From: a virus
Reading direction: 5' to 3' (one strand)
Length of the DNA stretch: 64,000 nucleotides
Virus record (IMG/VR): IMGVR_UViG_3300037518_000322
Span: 1 to 64,000 of that record
Of this stretch, positions 27,245-36,474 are shown one piece after another; positions within the stretch are counted from its first letter, which is position 1; the number at the start of each line of letters is the position of its first letter. The notes below the pieces were generated by a model. That model did not search any database, had not been told where the DNA came from, and saw only the letters and a program-made list of their open reading frames with translations. The translations under genes and the position numbers were made by a program.

Positions 27245-27444
27245 CGGCGTCCCTCCTTGCAGGGGCATGGCTTCACGTACGGGGTGCCGTCCGCGTTCTG
27301 GGGCCGCTCGGCCTGCATCCACAGCCCGCCCTCGCACACGCGCAGGGTGTGGCACGGGCAGTTCGGGCAGTCGTCCGGCGCGGGCTTCATCCACTTGTGG
27401 CCGTCCGGTGCTTCCAGCGACGTGTCCTTGATCCAGCGGGTCAT
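27241..27444 (-). CDS. Small Cys-rich hypothetical protein
   Basis: CPNCPCH...C...CPC. Confidence 0.6.
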   Translation of the reverse strand: MTRWIKDTSLEAPDGHKWMKPAPDDCPNCPCHTLRVCEGGLWMQAERPQNADGTPYVKPCPCKEGRR

Positions 27445-27710
27445 GCCTCACCTTCCCGCAGGTAGTGGCTGAAGGTACCCAGGTCGTGGCCGCCGTGGTC
27501 CTTGATCTGCTTCACTCCGGCCAGGATGCGCTGCTGCGTGTCGGGGTCGCGGAGCAGATCCATCTCGCGCTCCGGCACGGACACCACCGGCGTGAGTTTT
27601 ACCAGCCCGCCAGGATCGGCCTCGACACGGTACCGGCGCCCTGGCCGCGCTCCGGCCTTGCCGAGGGACACACGCCCCCGGTCGTCGGCCTCTACTTCGT
27701 AGGAATCCAC
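27441..27710 (-). CDS. AbrB/MazE-like (antitoxin-like) DNA-binding protein; start approximate
   Basis: EADDRGRVSLGK...RYRVEADPGGLVKLTP swapped-hairpin pattern. Confidence 0.65.
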   Translation of the reverse strand: MDSYEVEADDRGRVSLGKAGARPGRRYRVEADPGGLVKLTPVVSVPEREMDLLRDPDTQQRILAGVKQIKDHGGHDLGTFSHYLREGEA

Positions 27711-27787
27711 GTTGTCCACCTGAGGTTGACGCTTGTCGATGTAAGGCAGCTTACACCAACAAGCGTCACCCCCGGTTGACATTGGGT

Positions 27788-28006
27788 TCATGGGCGCTCC
27801 TCAGTCGCGCGGTAGCAACTGCGGTCATGCACTTCGAGACGCTTCTCGAAGACGAGCTGGGTGAGCACCTGCCGAAGGGCGGTCCGGCTGATGCCGAGTT
27901 CCTCGACGAGGGCGCGCTCGGAGGGAATGCGTTCGCCTGCCGGGTATTCGCCGCTGGCCAGGCGGTTCCGGATCGTCTCATAGACCTTGGTGGTTTTGGG
28001 TCCCAT
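27788..28006 (-). CDS. GntR-family wHTH protein
   Basis: VYETIRNRLASGEYPAGERIPSERALVEELGISRTALRQVL. Confidence 0.85.
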   Translation of the reverse strand: MGPKTTKVYETIRNRLASGEYPAGERIPSERALVEELGISRTALRQVLTQLVFEKRLEVHDRSCYRATEERP

Positions 28007-28096
28007 CCGAACAGCATACCACTTCTGGCGTGTACCAAATCTTGAGCGCGCGTGGTGCAAAGCGGCTTGCGGGCTCGAATCCCGCCGCGTGCGCGC

Positions 28097-28357
28097 TCAG
28101 TTCTTCAAGAACCCGTCCAGGTGGGCGTGCGGTCCGAGGATCTCACGCAGGAAGCACTTGCGGTGCCACGGCTCCAGCCGTGGTTCGCCGTCGAACGGAT
28201 GGAACGGGATGAGGACCCCCTGGTCCCCTCCCTTGATCAGCTCGCTGCATGCATGCGCGAAGCACGGGCGGCCGACCGGCGTCGGTGCCTGCGGGACCGA
28301 GGTCTCGTCATCGGGATCGCAGATGGGCGCATCCCATGGCTCACCGAAGAATTCCAT
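28097..28357 (-). CDS. Hypothetical protein
   Basis: MEFFGEPWDAPIC...C...C...H..C; AAGGAAG RBS. Confidence 0.6.
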   Translation of the reverse strand: MEFFGEPWDAPICDPDDETSVPQAPTPVGRPCFAHACSELIKGGDQGVLIPFHPFDGEPRLEPWHRKCFLREILGPHAHLDGFLKN

Positions 28358-28383
28358 CAACTTCCTTATCAGGAGGGGCTGTT

Positions 28384-28599
28384 GTGCATGACTACTCGCA
28401 GATGATGCGGTACTTCGAGTATCTCCATCTGCCTCAGAAGCTACAGCATGTGTCGCGGCACTTCTGTACGCTGGCGGACGTCGTGCTGAACACCGTGCCG
28501 GACGGCCCGGAGAAGACGGCCTGCCTGCGGAAGCTGTTGGAGGCGAAGGACTGTGCTGTCCGTGCGGCCCTGGATATCCCGGACACGGCGTCGCCGTGA
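28384..28599 (+). CDS. Small helical-hairpin phage protein (possibly Acb2/Tad1-like)
   Basis: FEYLHLP...PDGPEKTACLRKLLEAKDCAVRAA; AGGAGG RBS. Confidence 0.65.
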   Translation: MHDYSQMMRYFEYLHLPQKLQHVSRHFCTLADVVLNTVPDGPEKTACLRKLLEAKDCAVRAALDIPDTASP

Positions 28600-28985
28600 T
28601 GGACGTCGAGACCAGCTACCTGGTGAAGGCGCCACGGTCTTCTGAGCTGGCGATGTGGCTGAAGTTCAACGATCTTGATCCCCTGGTGATCCCGCTGCCG
28701 TCCGACATGTTCGTGGAGTCGGACGGGGGTGGGGTCTGGTGGATCCGGTACACCGCGTATGTGCGGACGAAGAACGGGTCGGCGGCCTACAACCCGGTGA
28801 CCAAGCGGTACGCGTATGCGGAGCGGCGTGACCCGTTGGTGTATGACCCGCCGATGTCCTGGCTGGTGGAGCAGACAGCGGCGGCCCCTGAGGGAGATGG
28901 CAGGGCCGCCGCTGGACCCGTTGGGACGGGCGTGCTCAACGGGTGTGCAGACAACGTAGCAGACGGTGCGTACAACTGGGGCTGA
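28596..28985 (+). CDS. Hypothetical protein
   Basis: 129 aa ORF coupled to the upstream gene. Confidence 0.55.
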   Translation: MMDVETSYLVKAPRSSELAMWLKFNDLDPLVIPLPSDMFVESDGGGVWWIRYTAYVRTKNGSAAYNPVTKRYAYAERRDPLVYDPPMSWLVEQTAAAPEGDGRAAAGPVGTGVLNGCADNVADGAYNWG

Positions 28986-29110
28986 CTACGTGCATGTCGG
29001 AGGGGCCGTCTTCCTTGGGTCGGACGGCCCCTCTTTTCGCGCCTTGGTTTCTTAAGCGTGGCTCCGAGCCACGTCTTCGAATCATATCCATACCACCATG
29101 AGGAGTAACC

Positions 29111-29332
29111 ATGTCGAAGCTGCCTGACCTGCCGTCGTACGAGTTCACTGTGGAACTGATCGACCCCGAGGACGGGGCGCTGGACGAATTGCGCACGGTC
29201 ACGGCCGCCTATCTCCAGGAGGACCGGTCGTACACCTGGTTCAAGGACGCCAGCCACACGGCGGTCGCAGCGTACAAGACGGCGTACGTGGTGGCGATCG
29301 TGCGGGGTCAGGTTGTCGACGCCGCCGAATGA
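29111..29332 (+). CDS. Hypothetical protein
   Basis: 73 aa, GAGGAG RBS. Confidence 0.6.
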   Translation: MSKLPDLPSYEFTVELIDPEDGALDELRTVTAAYLQEDRSYTWFKDASHTAVAAYKTAYVVAIVRGQVVDAAE

Positions 29333-30827
29333 GCTGGACATCCCGCATCTCAAGGAGCAGGTCGAGCGGCTGATCCGCACCGGTGACACGAAGCGGCTGA
29401 AGCTGGTGTATGCGCAGCTCAAGGCCGCTGTCGACCGGAAGCAGGCCGCTGAGCGCACCGACCGGTGGGCGAAGGATCCCAGGTCGTGGGTGCGGGACCG
29501 CCTCGGTCAGATGGTGTGGTCGAAACAGGCCGAGATCATGGAGTCGGTGCGGGACAACCGCAAGACGGCGGTGCGCAGTTGTCACTCTTCGGGGAAGAGC
29601 CACACGGCGTCGTTGATCGTGTCGTGGTGGCTGGACGCTCATCCCCCGGGGGATGCGTTCGTGGTGACGACGGCGCCGACGTCGGCGCAGGTCCGTGCGA
29701 TTCTGTGGCGGTATATCCGGCGGATGCACAAGGAGTCTGGTCTCCCTGGCCGGGTGAATCAGACCGAGTGGCTGATCGACGAGGAGTTGGTCGCCTTCGG
29801 CCGTAAGCCCGCCGACGCCGACGAGTCCGCTTTCGTCGGTATTCACGCACCTTACGTACTTTGCGTGATTGACGAAGCATGTGGTGTTCCGGAGCAGCTC
29901 TGGATCGGTGCGGAAGCGATCACGACTGGCCCGTGGTGCCGCATCCTCGCCATCGGAAACCCGGACAACAGCGACAGCCACTTCTACAAGGTGTCCCAGC
30001 CTGGCTCGGGCTGGAACTCACTGCGCATCTCGGCGTTCGACACCCCGAACTTCACGGACGAGACGGTCCCGGAACGCGTCGCGGTCTCCCTCATCTCCAC
30101 AGAGTGGGCCGAGGAGAAGAAGCTGGAGTGGGGTGAGGGCAACGCCCTCTACAACTCCAAAGTCCTGGGCGAGTTCACGCTGGACTCGGCTGACACGGTG
30201 GTGCGCAGCACGGATGTGGCGGCGTGCCGCGTGGATTCGGAAGCGGTGTATTCGCCTGCTGAACTGTCGCCGGTAGAGCTCGGTGTGGACGTCGGCGGCG
30301 GTCTGGACGAGACAGTCATCCGGGAGCGCCGTGGTGTGTTGGCGGGGCGTGAGTGGCGGATCCGCTCGGACCGGCCGGAGAAGATCGCACCGCTGGTGCT
30401 CAAGGCGATACGTGAGTCCGGCGCCACGGTGGTGAAGATCGACTCGATCGGTGTCGGCTTCGGCGCGATCGGTGAGCTGCGCAACGCGGCCAAGCGCGGT
30501 GAACACCACGCGGCGGTCATCGGTGTGAACGTCAGCGAGAACCCGCGCGACAAGAAGAAGTTCGCGAACCTGCGGGCCGAGATGTGGTGGACGATCGGCC
30601 GCGAGCTGTCCGCTCAGGGCGGCTGGGATCTGTCGAGGATGGAGAACGCGGACATCACGGCCGCTGAACTGCTCCAGCCACGTTGGGACTTGGACACCAA
30701 GGGCCGGATCCTGATCGAGCCGAAGGACAAGATCCGTGACCGGACGGGAAAAAGTCCGGACCACGCGGATGCACTGCTCCTAGCGTTTTTTCACGGGGCC
30801 AAGCCCCGGATCCGGGTGCTGGGATGA
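29313..30827 (+). CDS. terL: Terminase large subunit
   Basis: WSKQ motif, Walker A SCHSSGKS, TAPT, Walker B IDEA, IGNP, nuclease LGVDVG...SPDHADAL. Confidence 0.92.
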   Translation: MSTPPNELDIPHLKEQVERLIRTGDTKRLKLVYAQLKAAVDRKQAAERTDRWAKDPRSWVRDRLGQMVWSKQAEIMESVRDNRKTAVRSCHSSGKSHTASLIVSWWLDAHPPGDAFVVTTAPTSAQVRAILWRYIRRMHKESGLPGRVNQTEWLIDEELVAFGRKPADADESAFVGIHAPYVLCVIDEACGVPEQLWIGAEAITTGPWCRILAIGNPDNSDSHFYKVSQPGSGWNSLRISAFDTPNFTDETVPERVAVSLISTEWAEEKKLEWGEGNALYNSKVLGEFTLDSADTVVRSTDVAACRVDSEAVYSPAELSPVELGVDVGGGLDETVIRERRGVLAGREWRIRSDRPEKIAPLVLKAIRESGATVVKIDSIGVGFGAIGELRNAAKRGEHHAAVIGVNVSENPRDKKKFANLRAEMWWTIGRELSAQGGWDLSRMENADITAAELLQPRWDLDTKGRILIEPKDKIRDRTGKSPDHADALLLAFFHGAKPRIRVLG

Positions 30828-31114
30828 CATGGGGAGAAGTAGTGACTGACGAGGTTTTTCTGACGCCGTGCCGTCCGCATGTCACCCGGCAGATGGTGGA
30901 GTGCATCGGCGCCGAGGGTTCTGACGGGCATGCCGTACACCGCAAGCTGACGGAGCTGGTGCACTACCTGTGCAACTGCGGGTTCTCCAGCGGGTGGGTT
31001 CCGGCAGGCACGATGCCGCAGCCGTCGGACTTCATGGAGGAGCACGCGCCCTCGCAGGAGATCCGGGATATAGCGCGGCGGACACGGGAGTGGGCGGAGC
31101 GGCATCATGCGTGA
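30824..31114 (+). CDS. Hypothetical protein
   Basis: 96 aa, CNCG...H motif, coupled. Confidence 0.55.
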   Translation: MTWGEVVTDEVFLTPCRPHVTRQMVECIGAEGSDGHAVHRKLTELVHYLCNCGFSSGWVPAGTMPQPSDFMEEHAPSQEIRDIARRTREWAERHHA

Positions 31115-31301
31115 CAACACCACCAACAAGACCCTCGTGCCCCGGATGTCGTCCGGGGCTTTGTCGTCGGTGGGGTCAGGGCTGCTCGCCCTGGGCGCCG
31201 TCGCGCTGATCGCCTTCGGGATCAGCCTCATCTACATCCCGGCCGGTGTCATCGCCGCCGGGCTCGGGCTGGTCGCCTTGCAGTGGCTGTTCTTCGGGTG
31301 A
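31107..31301 (+). CDS. Small membrane protein upstream of portal
   Basis: Hydrophobic IAFGISLIYIPAGVIAAG, typical of small pre-portal genes. Confidence 0.7.
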   Translation: MRDNTTNKTLVPRMSSGALSSVGSGLLALGAVALIAFGISLIYIPAGVIAAGLGLVALQWLFFG

Positions 31302-31646
31302 CGTCTGCGTGGTGGGGCGTGACGTGCGGAAGGCTGACCGGGACTCCCGGTTGACCTGGGCACCGACGCTGCGCGGGTCGGCCCGGATGTCGCCGAGGAG
31401 AGTCTTGGTCCCCCGGATGGTGACAGCGGCGGCGCCAAGGGCCTGGAGGTACCTGGCGACCACTTGGTATTGCAGGTTCGGGAAATCCCGCTCGATCTGG
31501 CTGACGCGTGGCCGGTTCACGCCCATCCGCTTGGCGACGTCCGACTGATGCAGTCCGGCCAGTCGGCGCAGATCGGCCAGGGTCTTGGCCTGCGGTTCGC
31601 AGGCTGTGGTCTCGGGCATCTGCTGGTGCTGCTCCTTCGTGGCCAT
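31176..31646 (-). CDS. XRE/HigA-like HTH protein
   Basis: LADLRRLAGLHQSDVAKRMGVNRPRVSQIER...RYLQALG. Confidence 0.7.
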   Translation of the reverse strand: MATKEQHQQMPETTACEPQAKTLADLRRLAGLHQSDVAKRMGVNRPRVSQIERDFPNLQYQVVARYLQALGAAAVTIRGTKTLLGDIRADPRSVGAQVNRESRSAFRTSRPTTQTSPEEQPLQGDQPEPGGDDTGRDVDEADPEGDQRDGAQGEQP

Positions 31647-31729
31647 GGTTTCAGTATCCCCCACCGGGTGTGCCTTCGTTTCGAAGACGTCGCCTCGTGG
31701 GCTTCTTTCAAATTGAAGACGGAGGGCTC

Positions 31730-33097
31730 ATGGCACGTACGTTTCTGGGCGCCGTCCTCAAGAATGCCACTCCCGTCCCCTACGTATCACGCGCTGTGGC
31801 CCGCTACAGCCGCATCCCGGCGACCACCTCCACGACGGGGATGGAAGCGCAGATGCGCACCGTCGGGCAGGTCGGCACACTCTTCGCGATCACCGACCGG
31901 ATCATCTCCTCCTACTCCCAGGTGGAGTGGAAGCTGTTCCGGGTCCCCAAGGACGGCCGCCGCCGCTACGACCACGGCACCTCCTCCACACAGGACGACC
32001 GCATCGAGGTCACCCGGCACCCGGCACTTGACCTGTGGAACAAGCCCAACCCGTTCTTCTGCGGCTCAGCCTTCCGCGAGTCGGCGCAGCAGCACGAGGA
32101 GCTCACCGGCGAGCAGTACTGGGTCCTGGTCAAGCGGGGCGGCCTGCCACTGGAAGCGTGGTTCGTACGCCCCGACCGGATGCGCCCGGTACCCCACCCC
32201 GAGAAGTACCTCGCCGGATACATCTACACCTCCCCCGACGGGGAAGAGATCCCGCTCAGAGTCGACGAGGTCATCTTCCTCCGCCGCCCCCACCCCCTGG
32301 ACCCCTACCGGGGCCTCGGCGCAGTGCAGTCGATCATGGGTGAACTCGACGCGACGTACCTCTCCACCGAGTGGAACCGCAACTTCTTCCTCAACTCCGC
32401 CACACCCGGCGGAATCATCGAGGCCGAGCAGAACATCTCGGATGAGGACTTCGACCAGTTCCAGGCACGCTGGGCGGAAACCCACCGAGGCGTCGCCAAC
32501 GCACACCGCGTCGCCATCCTCGAAGCCGGAATGAAGTGGGTCGACCGCCGCTACACCATGGACGAGATGCAGTTCGTGGAGATGAAGCAGGCATCCCGCG
32601 AAGTCATCCGTGAAGCGTTCGGCTTCCCCAAGGCGATGCTCGGCGCCACCGACGACGTCAACAAGGCCAACGCCTACGCAGGCGAGGTCATGTTCGCCCG
32701 GTGGATCACCCGGCCCCGCCTCATGCGCGTCAAGGAAGTCCTCAACACCGTCCTGCTCCCCATGTACGGAGCATCAGCCGCCGGACTCGAATTCGACTTC
32801 GTCAACCCCGTCCCCGAGGACGACGAGATCGCCGCCCAGGTGCTCCTCAACAGGGCACAGGCAGTCAAGTTCCTCGCCGACACCGGCCTGTGGGAGCCCG
32901 CCAGCATGCTCTCCGCCTGCGGCATGCCCGCCATGACCGAGCTGCCCGAGCCCCGCCAGATGGCAGCCATCACCGCACCGCCCAGACAGCAGGACGCCGA
33001 CGAGCCAGCGCCACGCAAGGAAGACGACGAGCCGGTGAAGAAGGTACCCGCGCCCGCCGAGAGCCCGGACGACTGGCTGCAAAGGATGCTCCTGTGA
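31730..33097 (+). CDS. Portal protein (HK97-like)
   Basis: HPALDLWNKPNP, LTGEQYW, YRGLGAV, FFLNSATPGG, AFGFPKAMLG; GGAGG RBS. Confidence 0.92.
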   Translation: MARTFLGAVLKNATPVPYVSRAVARYSRIPATTSTTGMEAQMRTVGQVGTLFAITDRIISSYSQVEWKLFRVPKDGRRRYDHGTSSTQDDRIEVTRHPALDLWNKPNPFFCGSAFRESAQQHEELTGEQYWVLVKRGGLPLEAWFVRPDRMRPVPHPEKYLAGYIYTSPDGEEIPLRVDEVIFLRRPHPLDPYRGLGAVQSIMGELDATYLSTEWNRNFFLNSATPGGIIEAEQNISDEDFDQFQARWAETHRGVANAHRVAILEAGMKWVDRRYTMDEMQFVEMKQASREVIREAFGFPKAMLGATDDVNKANAYAGEVMFARWITRPRLMRVKEVLNTVLLPMYGASAAGLEFDFVNPVPEDDEIAAQVLLNRAQAVKFLADTGLWEPASMLSACGMPAMTELPEPRQMAAITAPPRQQDADEPAPRKEDDEPVKKVPAPAESPDDWLQRMLL

Positions 33098-33369
33098 TCA
33101 CACACGGGCCTGGCCCCAGAAAGCTGAGCATCAGCAGCGACGGCATCGGCGGCACCGTCCACCTCGCCGACCAGGACATCAGCAGTGCACTGACGGGCGT
33201 CAGCCTGAAGCTCGGCGTGGGCGATATACCCACAGCCACCCTGGACGTCCTGCTCCTTGACCTGACCTCCGAGGTCGAGGCCGTGATCGAAATCCCCCCG
33301 GCCACACACGACCTGCTGGTCCAGCTCGGTTGGACACCACCCCTCGAAGTGAAGGAGGACAAGCGCTGA
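33094..33369 (+). CDS. Hypothetical protein
   Basis: GTG start, coupled; ...DLLVQLGWTPP. Confidence 0.6.
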   Translation: MITHGPGPRKLSISSDGIGGTVHLADQDISSALTGVSLKLGVGDIPTATLDVLLLDLTSEVEAVIEIPPATHDLLVQLGWTPPLEVKEDKR

Positions 33370-34919
33370 TGTCCTGGATTGAGCTGGTGGCGCAGCGCCA
33401 CCCTCCGAAGGCTCCGCAGGGCATGAGCCCGCCGGAGAACGCCAAGGACTGGTTCCGTATGGAGGGTTCCGCCGAGGACCCGGACGCCACCGACGTCCTC
33501 ATCTACTCCAGCATCGGCGGCTGGTTCGGCATGTGGGCCGATGAGTTCGTGGACGAGCTGAAGGCAGTCACTACCTCGAAGATCAACCTCCGGCTCAACA
33601 GCCCTGGTGGATCGGTCTTCGACGGAATCGCCATTGCTAATGCAATCCGCTCGCACCCGGCCACGGTCACGGTGTATGTCGATTCCCTTGCAGCGTCTAT
33701 CGCTTCGGTCATCGCGATGTCAGGTGACCGGCTGGTCATGATGCCGCAATCGCAAATCATGGTCCACAACGCCTCGGGTGGCTGCTACGGCGACGCGACC
33801 GAGATGACCAAGATGGCCGATCTCCTCGACAAGCAGTCGAAAAACATAGCCCAGGCATACGCGCAGCACACCGGGCGCCCGCTCGCTGAGTGGATCGACT
33901 ACATGTCGAGTGAAACCTGGTTTACGGCTGAGGAAGCCGTGACCGTCGGACTGGCCGACGAAGCCATGCCAATGAAGCCGAAGAAGACCGACGCCGAACC
34001 GGTCCCTGCCGAGGCGCGCATGCACGCTGCCTGGGACCTGTCGATGTACCGCTACGCCGGACGCGAGCAGGCACCGGACCCGGCCGTCAAGAAGCCGGTG
34101 ACCGTGCGCCTCGAACTCGACGGCAAGGACATCACCGAACACCTGCGGCCCGGCCAGCAGATCACCGCCCAGGCGCTCAACGAGCACGTCCCGGACAACG
34201 CCACCGTTACACGTGTCATCGACTTCAAGGACGAGCTCAGCGAAGGCTTCGTCACCCAGTTCAAGGCCCTGGTCCGGGACGCCGTCCACGAGGAACTGGT
34301 CAGCGTCTTCGACTCCACCGCCCCCTCACACTCCACCGCCGTCGAGGACGGCACCTGGGACGCAGGGGCGAACGAGAAGCGACTGCCCTCACCGGTGCCG
34401 CTGGCCACGGTGAAGAAGATGTACACCTGGTGGGACGCCGACGCCGTCGAGGACGGCGCCGTACCCAAGACGTCAGCCAAGTTGCCTCACCACTTCGTCT
34501 CCGACGACGGCTCCCCCGGGGCTGCCTCCGTGGCGGGGGTCCGCAACGCGCTGGCGCGTCTGCCACAGACCCAGGGCCTCACCGACGCCGAACGCTCCGC
34601 CGCCGAAGCCCACCTGAACAAGCACCTGAACGCCTTCAAGGGCGACGAGGAAGACCACCTCGACGACGCCACCGCCCCACCGGGCGAGGAAGTCGAGGAC
34701 GCGGACAAGAAGAAGCTTCCTGCCTTCCTCCAGCCCGACGAGGACGACGACGACGAGGAAGAGGAAGAGGCGGAGGACGCCTCGACCGAAGAGCCCGAAG
34801 ACCGGGCCCCCGAGACCAACAACCAGGCCGATGACTGGACTTCAGCCATCGGCCTTCTTCATGCCCCCACGTCGCCCAGCGCGGATGACGTGTTCGTCAA
34901 CCTTCAGGAGGGTTGGTAA
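33369..34919 (+). CDS. ClpP-type head maturation protease with C-terminal extension
   Basis: LNSPGGSVFDG, AASIASVIAM, IMVHN, ETWFTAEEAV; extra KLPHH domain and acidic tail. Confidence 0.9.
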   Translation: MSWIELVAQRHPPKAPQGMSPPENAKDWFRMEGSAEDPDATDVLIYSSIGGWFGMWADEFVDELKAVTTSKINLRLNSPGGSVFDGIAIANAIRSHPATVTVYVDSLAASIASVIAMSGDRLVMMPQSQIMVHNASGGCYGDATEMTKMADLLDKQSKNIAQAYAQHTGRPLAEWIDYMSSETWFTAEEAVTVGLADEAMPMKPKKTDAEPVPAEARMHAAWDLSMYRYAGREQAPDPAVKKPVTVRLELDGKDITEHLRPGQQITAQALNEHVPDNATVTRVIDFKDELSEGFVTQFKALVRDAVHEELVSVFDSTAPSHSTAVEDGTWDAGANEKRLPSPVPLATVKKMYTWWDADAVEDGAVPKTSAKLPHHFVSDDGSPGAASVAGVRNALARLPQTQGLTDAERSAAEAHLNKHLNAFKGDEEDHLDDATAPPGEEVEDADKKKLPAFLQPDEDDDDEEEEEAEDASTEEPEDRAPETNNQADDWTSAIGLLHAPTSPSADDVFVNLQEGW

Positions 34920-36274
34920 TGGCGACTCCCGTCATCCCGCGCAACGACAGTGAACTGGAGGAGATGTTCAACGACAGCACTGTCGTCAAGGACGTCTTCG
35001 CCAACCGTGGCAGCGCGCTCACGTTCGTCAAGGACTACGCGAACCAGTTCAACAAGACGTCCAACGGCGACCTCGACGCGCAGATCGACGCACGCGTCCA
35101 GGAAGGCGTCATCAAGTACCTCAAGGACTCCGGCAGCATCGACGCCAAGGGCGACGCCAAGCGCCTCAACCTGTCGCCGAAGGCCAACGGCGGACGCCTC
35201 GGTGACCGCTACAACCCGGACGCCCCCGGCGCCAAGCTCGACAACGAGTTCCATGACGTCCGCGACTTCATGAAGGCGATCTGGCACGGCTCGCGCACCG
35301 CCGAAGCGCAGGCCTCCCAGCACAAGATCCGCGACATCATGAACTCGTTCGGATCCAACGTGCCCGCAGACGGCGGCTTCCTCATCCCGGAGACCCTCCG
35401 CAGCGAGATGCTGCGGGTCTCCCTGGAGAAGGCTGTCGTCCGCTCGCGCGCCCGCGTCATCCCGATGGAGACCCTCACGGTCCCCTTCCCGATGATCGAC
35501 TCCACGTCGAACGCGTCGAACGTGTTCGGTGGCGTCGCCGCGTACTGGACCGAAGAGGCCGGATCCCTCACCGACTCCAGCCCCACCTTCGGCCGGATCA
35601 AGCTCGAAGCCAAGAAGCTCACGGCCTTCTCCGAAGTGCCCAACGAGCTCTTCGCCGACAGCCTCATCAGCCTCCAGATGCTCATCAACGAGATCTTCCC
35701 CGAGGCGCTGGCCTGGTTCGAAGACGTCGCCTTCATCACCGGATCCGGCGTGGGCGAGCCGCTCGGCTTCCTCAACGGCCCCGCCGTCGTCAACGTCACC
35801 AAGGAAACCGGCCAGGCCGCCGACACCATCGTCTGGGAAAACCTCGTCAAGGTCTACGCCCGCATGCTCCCGCAGTCTCTGAGCAGCGCGGTGTGGATCG
35901 CCAACATCGACACCTTCCCTGAGCTGGCGACCATGTCGCTGTCCGTCGGCACCGGCGGCTCCGCGATCTGGCTGTCCGACGGCGTCTCCGGACCGCCCAT
36001 GACGATTCTCGGCCGTCCCGTCATTTTCACTGAGAAGATGCCGACCCTCGGCGACGCGGGCGACATCATGCTGGTCGATCTCGGTCACTACCTCATCGGC
36101 GACCGCCAGACCATCCAGGCCGACACCTCGCCGCACTACCGGTTCCAGACGGACATGACCTCGCTGAGGTTCATCTCCCGCCTGGACGGCCGTCCGTGGC
36201 TCCAGAGTGCGATCACTCCTCAGACCGGCAGCAACACCCTGTCCCCGTTTGTCGGGATTGCCGCTCGCGCTTGA
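34919..36274 (+). CDS. Major capsid protein (HK97 fold)
   Basis: DGGFLIPE, AYWTEEA, ITGSGVGEPLG, ILGRPV, RLDGRPW. Confidence 0.92.
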   Translation: MATPVIPRNDSELEEMFNDSTVVKDVFANRGSALTFVKDYANQFNKTSNGDLDAQIDARVQEGVIKYLKDSGSIDAKGDAKRLNLSPKANGGRLGDRYNPDAPGAKLDNEFHDVRDFMKAIWHGSRTAEAQASQHKIRDIMNSFGSNVPADGGFLIPETLRSEMLRVSLEKAVVRSRARVIPMETLTVPFPMIDSTSNASNVFGGVAAYWTEEAGSLTDSSPTFGRIKLEAKKLTAFSEVPNELFADSLISLQMLINEIFPEALAWFEDVAFITGSGVGEPLGFLNGPAVVNVTKETGQAADTIVWENLVKVYARMLPQSLSSAVWIANIDTFPELATMSLSVGTGGSAIWLSDGVSGPPMTILGRPVIFTEKMPTLGDAGDIMLVDLGHYLIGDRQTIQADTSPHYRFQTDMTSLRFISRLDGRPWLQSAITPQTGSNTLSPFVGIAARA

Positions 36275-36324
36275 TAGCTGAGTGTAGTCGGCTCGCGATA
36301 CACCACCAACACGTTCGATAAAAC

Positions 36325-36360
36325 GAGGGCCCTGGAGACACCGTCTTCGAGGGTCTTTTT
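36325..36360 (+). terminator. Rho-independent terminator after the capsid gene
   Basis: GAGGGCCCTGGAGA...TCTTCGAGGGTCTTTTT. Confidence 0.6.
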
Positions 36361-36474
36361 CATGCCGCTTTGCGTGCGGCTCGTACAGCCCTGGTGCGCA
36401 TTCACACCCAATCCAGGGCCGGGGACCGGCGGCATTAACACCCCGCCGGTCCCGGTACAGAAGGGAAACTCCCC

